A stretch of DNA of 12,790 bases. Origin: Promethearchaeota archaeon. GTDB taxonomy: Archaea > Asgardarchaeota > Lokiarchaeia > Sigyniarchaeales > SOKP01. Location of the stretch: the NCBI GenBank assembly GCA_048938895.1, contig JBHLLU010000086.1:1-12790 (forward strand), given 5' to 3'. Positions 1 to 7,822 of the stretch are shown piece after piece. The first letter of the stretch is position 1. The number at the start of each line of letters is the position of its first letter. Both the position numbers and the translations under genes were made by a program. The notes under the pieces are model-generated. The model was not told the origin of the DNA, ran no database searches, and was given only the letters and a program-made list of their open reading frames with translations.

Positions 1-1121
1 GAACTCACTGTTTGAATTGCCGCGATTTTATTACCTAAAATGTTTTCCATTTCTTCAAATTTATAATCTGCACCAAACGTCTCTCTGATATTTTTCTTCC
101 ATTCTTCAATTTGTTCACTGGATAAAGAATCTCTTTCATCTATAGGTACATTCTCCTCAAACACCCGTTCTCTTAGCTTTTCTAATTCTATTTGAGCAAT
201 ATCTTTTAGTTTTAGGACCTCCTCATTTAGGTTAAGATCAGGCTTATACCCATATTTTTTTTCAAATTCAACTTCCGCTTTAATGACACAATGATTTCTA
301 TTACGAGGTAATCCTTTTAAAGTACATGCTGCAACTAATTTATCATCCGCGGGAGGAATTGGAACCAGACATCTGTAACATGGAGTCTGGTCTAAAACTT
401 CTGGAGCATATTTCCAGTCAAATACCATTTCGATTTCTTTTCTAATTTTATCTTCTATAGGATTCAATCGTGAAGCTTTAATACGTTCAATTTCATCTTC
501 TAATAGCTCTATTTCTCTTTGAGCTCTAAAATAATCAGGATATTCCACATCTGATAATTCCCATAGGTGTGCTTGAACTAAATTCTCAATCTCATTTTCC
601 CTGTTTTTGTATTTTAAACCTGCACCCTCGGGAATTACTATTTGCACATGCCCCTCAAATCCTACTGTTCCTCCTTCAACCATAGGTTTCTTCATTCTTA
701 GGCAGATTTTATTCAGATCTAATCTTGCGTTAAAATTATCCAAAGCAGCGACAATTACATCCGATTCTTCATAGACGGACATTGGTAATTTTTGTAGTTT
801 TTCAAAATAATAATCAATATTAAGATAAGGATTCATTTCTTTCAATCGTTCAGCAGCAACTTCTGCTTTTGGGCGTCCTTCATCTCCAGGTCTAAATAAC
901 ATTTGCCGAGATAAATTAGATGTTTCTATTGTATCTAGATCAATTAATATCAATTTGCCTATTCCCATAAGCGAAAAATCTTTAGCAATCTCACAACCTA
1001 AAGCCCCTATACCTACAATCATAATACAACCATTATTTATAACTTCTTGATCCCATCCATCTATAAGTTGTTGGCGAGCATACATTCGTGCTTTAACAAT
1101 ATCTTCAACTTTTTCTGTCAT
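1..1121 (-). CDS. Ubiquitin-activating enzyme E1-like protein (ThiF/MoeB/E1 superfamily, UBA2/UBA3-like); partial, 3' end lies beyond the left edge of the window
   Basis: Manual translation, open from ATG 1121 to position 1 (alternative in-frame ATG at 1136): MTEKVEDIVKARMYARQQLIDGWDQEVINNGCIMIVGIGALGCEIAKDFSLMGIGKLILIDLDTIETSNLSRQMLFRPGDEGRPKAEVAAERLKEMNP...VIVAALDNFNARLDLN...MVEGGTVGFEGHVQIVIP...TPCYRCLVPIPPADDKLVAACTLKGLPRNRNHCVIKA...ILGNKIAAIQTVS. Motifs: YxRQ arginine finger, GxGxxG (996-1013), D.DTIE.SNL.RQ.LF, LDN..AR, CxxC (369-380) and an E1-type catalytic motif CT...PR...HC. Confidence 0.95.
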   Translation of the reverse strand, partial: MTEKVEDIVKARMYARQQLIDGWDQEVINNGCIMIVGIGALGCEIAKDFSLMGIGKLILIDLDTIETSNLSRQMLFRPGDEGRPKAEVAAERLKEMNPYLNIDYYFEKLQKLPMSVYEESDVIVAALDNFNARLDLNKICLRMKKPMVEGGTVGFEGHVQIVIPEGAGLKYKNRENEIENLVQAHLWELSDVEYPDYFRAQREIELLEDEIERIKASRLNPIEDKIRKEIEMVFDWKYAPEVLDQTPCYRCLVPIPPADDKLVAACTLKGLPRNRNHCVIKAEVEFEKKYGYKPDLNLNEEVLKLKDIAQIELEKLRERVFEENVPIDERDSLSSEQIEEWKKNIRETFGADYKFEEMENILGNKIAAIQTVS

Positions 1122-1171
1122 TTTCAAAATCCCCATTTAATTCGAATATACTATAATAATTTAATCATCTA

Positions 1172-1187
1172 AATATAAACTCTTTTA
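1172..1187 (-). promoter_or_regulatory. Putative archaeal BRE/TATA promoter of the E1-like gene
   Basis: The minus strand reads taaaagagTTTATAtt: a purine-rich BRE-like stretch followed by TTTATA (1179-1174), about 40-55 nt upstream of the candidate starts. The AT-rich background lowers specificity. Confidence 0.4.
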
Positions 1188-1241
1188 GTTGATTAAATAT
1201 AGCAGATGGAAATGCCATATAGAGTAAAAAGTATTAAAAAA

Positions 1242-4200
1242 TTATTTGCTATTTTTTTTCTTTTTTCCTGCTTCTTTTATCAATTTTTTTAAATTATCGA
1301 CTTCCTCTCTCTCTTTAGCGATTTGTAACTTTTCCTGGAAGTCTTTCTGTTCACTTTCCTTCATTTTTAACTCATTAATAAGTTCTTCTTTTATTTTTAT
1401 CATATCTCCCATTACTCTTCTAAATTCTTTAGCTTCAGATTTAATCTCCTTTCTTCTCTGAACATCAGTTAATTCTTGTTCTTTTCTCCTTTCTTCAATT
1501 AAATTAATAACTTCGTCAGCTAGATTACTAACCTCTCCTATTGTCTCCTTCAATCTTGCATCATCTGCTCTTCTTCGACTTTCTTCCAATTCTCTCTGCC
1601 TTTCTAGTTGTTCTTGAATTTGCTGAATTCTTAAATCTTCACTTTCAACTCTTTTTTCAAGAGCTTTTGCATTTCTTATCTCAGTTTCAATATATTTTAT
1701 TTCTTCATCCCAACCAATTTCCATAAAGTTCTTTTTAGCAGTTTCAAAATTTTGATAAGCTCTCTTAAAGTCATGATATGCTGCCCACTTTTTACCCTCA
1801 TCAATTAATTTTAATCCTTCATCCTTAATTTCTTCCAAACGCTGCTTGCTTAGGATTAATTCCCTATACTGCCTTTCTTGTTCTCTCTTTATTTTTTCTT
1901 GCGCTATCCTTCTTGCTGTAACCTCCTCTTGGAACAATTCATACTCTTTCTGCCGTTGAATTAATGCTTGTTCTTCTAAACGTTTCTTTTCTTGAAATTT
2001 AACCTGTTCTTGTTGTAGATCTTTGATTAAGGCATTTAAGTTATTTAATTCTGGCTCCCATCCTATATTTTCTGCCAATAGATTCCTAGCTTGTGTATAC
2101 AATGAAATAGCATTATTATAATCAGGTGTTAATTGTTTCAAATATTTTCCTGCTTCTTCCAGCATTGAATATGCGGATTCTCTAATACTCGTTTGTTCTT
2201 GAACAATTCTTTCTCTTTCTTGAAGTGCTAATTCTTGGGCTTTTTTCTTCTCCCTTTCTTGTCGTTGCCTTTCTTCAACAAGTAATTGTAGATCTTTTTC
2301 TTCTTGAATTTTTTCGAGTTCTCTCTGAAATTGTAGATCTTGCATTTCTTCTTTTTGATAGATCATTTGTTTGACCTTAACAATCATATCTTTTATTGAA
2401 TCTGTAGGAAAATGTAATTCATTTAGAATTAATTCTGCTTTTCTATAGCTTTTAATGGCTTTATCATATTCAAGCTCCTTTACCAGTTCCTCAGCATCAT
2501 CTAATATTTTGAATGCATCTTGTTTTCGTGATTCAAGTCTAGCTTTTAAATTTTCAATCTCTTCTAGTTGAACTTGTTTTGTTTGTAAACTTTCAGTTTC
2601 TCTTCTTAATTCTTCTGCTATCTTTTGTTGGAATGTCCATTCTTCCCGTTCTTTTTCTAATTTCCTTTCTAACTCTTTCTGTTTTTGTATTTGATGCTGC
2701 TTTTTCCTGTTTTGAACATTTTGAATCATATCTCGAATACTATCTGTTGGGAAAGCAATCTCATTCAAAATAACTTCAGCAGAGCGATAAGTTTCAAGCG
2801 ATTTATCATATTGAGCTTGATTCATATAAATTTCGGCTTCCTCTAAGAGGTTAAAAGCCTCTTCTTTTCTTCTTTCCATATAATTTTGGTATTGCTTTTG
2901 TCTCTCTAGCTGCTCCAATTTGCTTTTTCTTTTAATTTCATCGATCTTAATGCTTTCTGCTATCTTCCTTTGGAAGTTAGCTTCTTCTCTTTCTCTCTCT
3001 AATTTAATTTCCAACTCTTTTTGTTTATTAATAATTTCTTGTTTACTTTTCGACTGTATTTTGTTAATCATTTCCTTAACGGCTCCTGAAGGAAAACCTA
3101 TTTCATGCAATATTAATTCTGCTTCTCGATATATCCTAATTGCTTGTTCATACTTACCCTGTTTTAAAAATTCTTCGGCATTCTCCATTAAATTAAATGC
3201 TTTAGACTTTTTCTCTTCAAGATTTTTTAGCAAAACGTCACGCTTTTGGATTTGAATTTTCTTTTCTCTTAATCTCTTTTTTTCGACCTGAATAGATTCA
3301 TGAATCTTTTTCTGGAATAAATCTTCCTCTTCTTTTTGGTTTCTTAATAATTCTTGCTTTATTCTTTCACTTTCTTCTAATTTTCTTTTCCTTACCCCTA
3401 TAGTAGCAACAGTATCATTCAATAACTTTAAATATGGTCCAATCCAACCAATCTCAGTTAAGAGCTTAATAGCTCCATGAAATTTTTCAAGTGAGATATC
3501 AAAACTATTTTGCTTGAGGAATTTCTCTCCCTCTTCAATCATCTTAAAAGCTTCTTGCTGTTTTATTAAATTGTGTCCAGAGATTTCTCTCTGGATTTCT
3601 GCGGATTCCAATTCTCTCAATGCCATAACTTCCTTTCTTTCTTTTTCAAGATTCAATTTCTCAATAAACACTTTATTAGCTTTTTCTTCTTCAATAGTTT
3701 TTTCCAGTTCTTTTTGTTGATTTATAGCTTTTTCTCTTTTTCTATTTTGAATATTATTGATCGCTTCTTGAATTATTGGAATCTCCTCAGTCCATTGTAT
3801 CTGAGCAAAAATGTTGGCTACATCATTATACAATGTAAGAGCATCATCATAATTACCTTTTGATAGAAAAACTTGAGCATTATCCAATAAATTAAACGCA
3901 ACTTCCTTTTGTTCTTCTCGAAAAGTTAGTTCTTCCTCTTTCTTTCTGAGAATAATTTCTTGTTGTTTGAATCGCTGCCGTTGATTATATGCTTCGATTG
4001 CAATTTGAGTTTGAAATTCTTTTTCGAATCTTTCTTGCTTTAAATTTTCCTCTAACTCCCTTTGTTTAATGAGTTCAGCTTCACGCTTTTTATCCTCGAT
4101 AGCTCTTATAGAATTCTTGATCAACTGAATCTCATCATCCCAATGAATCTCTTTGAAGATCTTTAGTACTTCTTGGTATAATTCAACTGCAGCTTCGAAC

Positions 4201-7200
4201 TCACCCTTATTGATGTTATTTTGTGCTTCCTCCAACAAATTAAATGCATTTTTTTCCTTTTCTTCAGATTGTTTCCTAATTGCTTCTTGCCTCTTTAGCT
4301 CCTCCTGTTTTTCCCTCATTTTTTCTTGTTCATACCTTACTTTCTCAGCAATCTGTTGTTGAAATTTCAGATCCTCTTGTTCCTTCCTATATGCCAACTC
4401 TAATTCTTTTAGTTTATTGTTCTCGTCTTCTCTTCTTTTATCTTGGATTTTTTGGATCATTTCTCTGATTAATTCAGAGGGATAACCAATTTCATTTAGA
4501 ATTAATTCGGCCTGTCTATATTCTTCAATAGATTTGTCATAGTGCCCTTGTTTTAATAAATTCTCTGCATCATCCATTATTTTAAAAGCTTCCATTTTCC
4601 TTGTTTCATTAATTTTTAACTTTTCTTCATGTTCTTGTAGCTGTATTTGTTTCTTTTTAATTCGATTTTGTTCTAATGTCAATGAATCTGAGATTTTTTT
4701 CTGGAATACCTCTTCTTCTTTTTGATATTTTAATTGTAGTTCAAATTCAACTTGTTTTGTCTTTTCTTCCTCCGTATTTTTGTTTTGAATAGCTGATATT
4801 GTTTCTTTCAAGAGTTTCAAATATTCTGCACCCCAGCCAATTTCTTTCAAAATTTCAATTGCTTCTTGATAATTTTTTACAGCTTCCTCGTATTGTCGAG
4901 CTTGAATTAAATCTTCCCCCCCTTCCATTAATTCAAATGCCCTCTGTTGTTTTGCTAAATTTTGGGTTGATGCGGATTTTTGTTTTTCTATGAATTCTAG
5001 ATTTCTAAGAGTTTGTTGTTTTTCTCTTTCTAAATAATGTTTAATATTATCAATAAACGCTTTTTCTTCAACTTCTTTTTTAATTGCTTTTTCCATTTCC
5101 TTCTGTTTAGAAATTAAGTCATTTCTTCTCTTTTCTTCTATTTCTTCTATTGCTTGTTTTAATGTTGTAACTTCATCTGTCCATTGAATTTGAGCGAAAA
5201 TGTTTAAAACCTTATAATAAATTTCAAGTACAGCATCATAATCATTATTAGCTACTAACTTTTGCGCCTCATCTAATAAATTAAATCCTTCTTCCTTTTT
5301 CTTCTCACGAAATGCAATTTCTCTTTCACGTTCCCTAATAATTATCTCTTTCTTCTTAATTTTATCTTGACGTGTCCTAATTTCATTAGCTATCAAATCA
5401 TGAAATTCTCTTTCTTGCTTTTCTTTTTCTAGCTCAGATTGTAATCTTATCTGCTCCTGTAACTCTGCTTCTCTTTTTCTGTTTTCAATTTCTATTATAG
5501 AATTTTGAATTAAACTTATTTCATTATACCAATCTGCCTCAGCGAAGAAATTTATGGCATAATGAAGAATTTCAATTGCATTATCAAATTTTCCATCTGA
5601 TACTTCTTTCTGTGCCTGTTCAAGTAATCTAAATCCCGCTTCTCTTCTTTCTTCCCGATATTTTAACTCTTCTTCACGTTCTTTTAATTCTATTTCTCTC
5701 TTCTGAATTTTTTTACGTTCTTGTTTTAGTAACTGAGTAATTTGTTTCTGAAATGCTTCTTCTTCTTTTTCTCTTTTAATCATTTCTTGCATTTGTTTTT
5801 GCTTTAGAATTTTCTGCTCTCTTCTTAATTCTTCAACCTCCATTATAGCATTTTCAATAAGGGAAATTTCATCATGCCATTGAATTTCAGCAAATAAATT
5901 TGCTGTTTTTTGATATGCTAATATCGCATTTTCATAATCCCCTTGATTTATATAGCTTATAGCAGAATCTATTGACTGAAATGCTTCTATTTTACGTTGC
6001 TCAAATTGAAATATTTCTTTTTCCTTATCTTTTAAAACAATTTCTTTTTGCTCTAATTGCTTACGTTGTTTATTTAATTGATTTGTTATTTGTTTTTGAA
6101 ACTCTAATTCTTCTTTTTCTCTTTTTTCTAATTTCTGTTGTATATCATATTTCTTCTGCAATTGGTCTTTTTTTATTTTCTGTACATTTGCAATAGTATT
6201 ATTAATATTAGAAACATACACTTCCCAACCAGAACCTAATTCTTCCAAGAAGGCTAAAGCTTTTTGATATTCGGTTATAGCTTCTTCATATTCTTTTGAT
6301 TGTAGTTTATTATCAGCATTAGATAGAATTACAAAGAACTCTTTTTCTTTTTTTGCCCTAATTTCTCTTTCTGTTTCAAATTCTAGTTTTCTTCTTTCTA
6401 TTTCCCGTGCTGTTTGCTGAGATTCCGTTTGTTGTTTTTTATAGATCGAATCTTGTAAAAATATAAGATTTTTTTCTCTTCTGCTTCTTACTTCTTTTGA
6501 TTTCTCTTTTTCTAACTGTCTTTGTTTCATATCTTCTATTAAATTAGTAATAGGATGAATATATGAGTCCCAGTCAATTGATCTGAATAACTCAATAGCC
6601 TGTTCGAATTTTTGTTCCGCTTGCACATAATTTTTCTCCCTTTCGAGTTTCTTTCCTAGATCGATTAAATGAAAAGCTCTTCCTTGAATTTCTTCTTCTT
6701 GTTTCTTTTTATCTTCAAATTCTCTTAACTTTTCTTTTTTCATTTCTGATTCTGATGCTATAATTTCTGCATCCCTTTGACTTCGCTCTAAAATCTCAAT
6801 GTTTGTTTGTTCCTGTTGAGCTTGGAACCTTTCAAATTGTTCTTTATCTTTTTTAAGCTTTTCAATGATAACTTTAATATTTTGGGTTTGATCGTCCCAC
6901 CCAATTGAATTCAATAACTCTATAGCTCTTTCATAATTAGTTATTGCTTTATCAAATTTCCTTTCATTTTCAAATTCTTTAGCTTTATCAATATGGGCAA
7001 AAGCATGATTTTGAGTCTCCTCTTCCTGCTGTTTCCTAGCTCTATATCGAACAATAGATTCTGCTTTCTCCTTGTTTGCAGTCTCCCCAAACATTCCAAC
7101 AACTTCTGGTTTTTTATCTTCTACTTTTTGCAGAAATTCTTCTGGAGGTGTTAATTCCTGTAGTTGCTTTTGATGAATATATTCTTCTTTTTTTAATGTT

Positions 7201-7616
7201 TTGGAGAGTTCATTTATTTTTAATCTCAAATTCTCTAACTGAGCTTCAGACCAACCAGATTGAATCAATAGATTAATAGCAGAAATATACTGCTGAATCG
7301 CATCTTCAAAAAAACCATCAGATTCTAACTTCTTCGCTGCTTCTAAGAGTGCAAACGCTTGATCTTGAATTTGTTCTGCTTGAGCTTTTAATTGAGTATG
7401 TTGATAGATTTTATCCTGTTTCTGGTAATTCTTTAATTCTTCTACTCTTTCATATATCTCATCGATTCTATGCATTAAAAACCCACTCTTCTTCAAGCAG
7501 TCAACTGCTAGCTGATAGTTTGAGATTGCTTCTTCGACATTTTTATCTTCTTCAAACTTGTGTGCAATCTCTAAATATTTTAAAGCTTCTTGAGCTAATT
7601 CTTCTGGATTTTGCAT
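1242..7616 (-). CDS. Giant (2124 aa) tandem-repeat helical protein with ~18 MIT/TPR-like helical-bundle units separated by E/K/R/Q-rich coiled-coil or single-alpha-helix segments; function unknown
   Basis: Uninterrupted 6.4-kb ORF. The motif AF.LL..A......g.Y..A...Y..A..I...I.W recurs 18 times at roughly 110-120-aa spacing. No obvious transmembrane segment or signal peptide; only one Cys seen. Confidence 0.9.
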   Translation of the reverse strand: MQNPEELAQEALKYLEIAHKFEEDKNVEEAISNYQLAVDCLKKSGFLMHRIDEIYERVEELKNYQKQDKIYQHTQLKAQAEQIQDQAFALLEAAKKLESDGFFEDAIQQYISAINLLIQSGWSEAQLENLRLKINELSKTLKKEEYIHQKQLQELTPPEEFLQKVEDKKPEVVGMFGETANKEKAESIVRYRARKQQEEETQNHAFAHIDKAKEFENERKFDKAITNYERAIELLNSIGWDDQTQNIKVIIEKLKKDKEQFERFQAQQEQTNIEILERSQRDAEIIASESEMKKEKLREFEDKKKQEEEIQGRAFHLIDLGKKLEREKNYVQAEQKFEQAIELFRSIDWDSYIHPITNLIEDMKQRQLEKEKSKEVRSRREKNLIFLQDSIYKKQQTESQQTAREIERRKLEFETEREIRAKKEKEFFVILSNADNKLQSKEYEEAITEYQKALAFLEELGSGWEVYVSNINNTIANVQKIKKDQLQKKYDIQQKLEKREKEELEFQKQITNQLNKQRKQLEQKEIVLKDKEKEIFQFEQRKIEAFQSIDSAISYINQGDYENAILAYQKTANLFAEIQWHDEISLIENAIMEVEELRREQKILKQKQMQEMIKREKEEEAFQKQITQLLKQERKKIQKREIELKEREEELKYREERREAGFRLLEQAQKEVSDGKFDNAIEILHYAINFFAEADWYNEISLIQNSIIEIENRKREAELQEQIRLQSELEKEKQEREFHDLIANEIRTRQDKIKKKEIIIREREREIAFREKKKEEGFNLLDEAQKLVANNDYDAVLEIYYKVLNIFAQIQWTDEVTTLKQAIEEIEEKRRNDLISKQKEMEKAIKKEVEEKAFIDNIKHYLEREKQQTLRNLEFIEKQKSASTQNLAKQQRAFELMEGGEDLIQARQYEEAVKNYQEAIEILKEIGWGAEYLKLLKETISAIQNKNTEEEKTKQVEFELQLKYQKEEEVFQKKISDSLTLEQNRIKKKQIQLQEHEEKLKINETRKMEAFKIMDDAENLLKQGHYDKSIEEYRQAELILNEIGYPSELIREMIQKIQDKRREDENNKLKELELAYRKEQEDLKFQQQIAEKVRYEQEKMREKQEELKRQEAIRKQSEEKEKNAFNLLEEAQNNINKGEFEAAVELYQEVLKIFKEIHWDDEIQLIKNSIRAIEDKKREAELIKQRELEENLKQERFEKEFQTQIAIEAYNQRQRFKQQEIILRKKEEELTFREEQKEVAFNLLDNAQVFLSKGNYDDALTLYNDVANIFAQIQWTEEIPIIQEAINNIQNRKREKAINQQKELEKTIEEEKANKVFIEKLNLEKERKEVMALRELESAEIQREISGHNLIKQQEAFKMIEEGEKFLKQNSFDISLEKFHGAIKLLTEIGWIGPYLKLLNDTVATIGVRKRKLEESERIKQELLRNQKEEEDLFQKKIHESIQVEKKRLREKKIQIQKRDVLLKNLEEKKSKAFNLMENAEEFLKQGKYEQAIRIYREAELILHEIGFPSGAVKEMINKIQSKSKQEIINKQKELEIKLEREREEANFQRKIAESIKIDEIKRKSKLEQLERQKQYQNYMERRKEEAFNLLEEAEIYMNQAQYDKSLETYRSAEVILNEIAFPTDSIRDMIQNVQNRKKQHQIQKQKELERKLEKEREEWTFQQKIAEELRRETESLQTKQVQLEEIENLKARLESRKQDAFKILDDAEELVKELEYDKAIKSYRKAELILNELHFPTDSIKDMIVKVKQMIYQKEEMQDLQFQRELEKIQEEKDLQLLVEERQRQEREKKKAQELALQERERIVQEQTSIRESAYSMLEEAGKYLKQLTPDYNNAISLYTQARNLLAENIGWEPELNNLNALIKDLQQEQVKFQEKKRLEEQALIQRQKEYELFQEEVTARRIAQEKIKREQERQYRELILSKQRLEEIKDEGLKLIDEGKKWAAYHDFKRAYQNFETAKKNFMEIGWDEEIKYIETEIRNAKALEKRVESEDLRIQQIQEQLERQRELEESRRRADDARLKETIGEVSNLADEVINLIEERRKEQELTDVQRRKEIKSEAKEFRRVMGDMIKIKEELINELKMKESEQKDFQEKLQIAKEREEVDNLKKLIKEAGKKKKNSK
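2856..5633 (-). repeat. Intragenic tandem super-repeat, 2 x 1389 nt (463 aa, four units each)
   Basis: NIFAQIQW occurs twice, with Trp codons at 5181-5183 and 3792-3794 (1389 nt apart). The unit-opening Phe codons at 5631-5633, 4242-4244 and 2853-2855 are each 1389 nt apart. Further paired motifs: KREAEL twice, EIGW...YLKLL twice, NL.KQQ.AF twice, EIG(Y/F)PS..(I/V).EMI.KIQ twice. Confidence 0.85.
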
Positions 7617-7822
7617 TTTAAAAAATTCTATTTAATCGTAATTTGATTTAAATAATAACAATTTATATTCTTACTTTAAAATATCCCAACTAAGTAATTA
7701 AATTTTTTATATTGTCATTATTATTTTACCTAAAATATTGATTAGGTCAACTTTTGTTTAAATTACATTAAATTTAAAGTCAGATTCTGAAAAAAAATAT
7801 ACAAGAATTATAATAATAAGAG
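7617..7822. promoter_or_regulatory. Divergent promoter region between the giant repeat gene and the RACo gene
   Basis: 206-bp AT-rich intergenic region between head-to-head genes with several TATA-like hexamers (e.g. tttata at 7662-7667). Exact elements cannot be assigned. Confidence 0.45.

Noticed and set aside
387-629. E1 insertion as a possible intein or intron
   Set aside because: No N-terminal Cys/Ser plus C-terminal His-Asn signature, too short for a mini-intein, and it reads through in frame with ordinary helical composition.
1245-1310. Possible MIM1 motif at the C-terminus of the giant protein (EEVDNLKKLIKEA)
   Set aside because: Does not fit the (D/E)xxLxxRLxxL(K/R) consensus; it is a generic amphipathic helix.
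1242-7616. Low-complexity ttc/ttt-rich DNA resembling a microsatellite or CRISPR-like periodicity
   Set aside because: Explained by Glu/Lys/Gln/Arg codons on the minus strand; no identical direct repeats with spacers and no cas genes.
1242-7616. SMC/Rad50, myosin or phage tape-measure identity for the giant protein
   Set aside because: No Walker A/B or hinge motifs, no motor domain and no phage genes nearby; any such database hits would probably reflect coiled-coil compositional bias.
1246-7621. Twelve short plus-strand ORFs (61-111 aa) in the ORF track, rich in F/L/S/I
   Set aside because: They are antisense shadows of the purine-rich (GAA/AAA/CAA) giant gene. Their hydrophobic look is a by-product of that composition and they carry no motifs.
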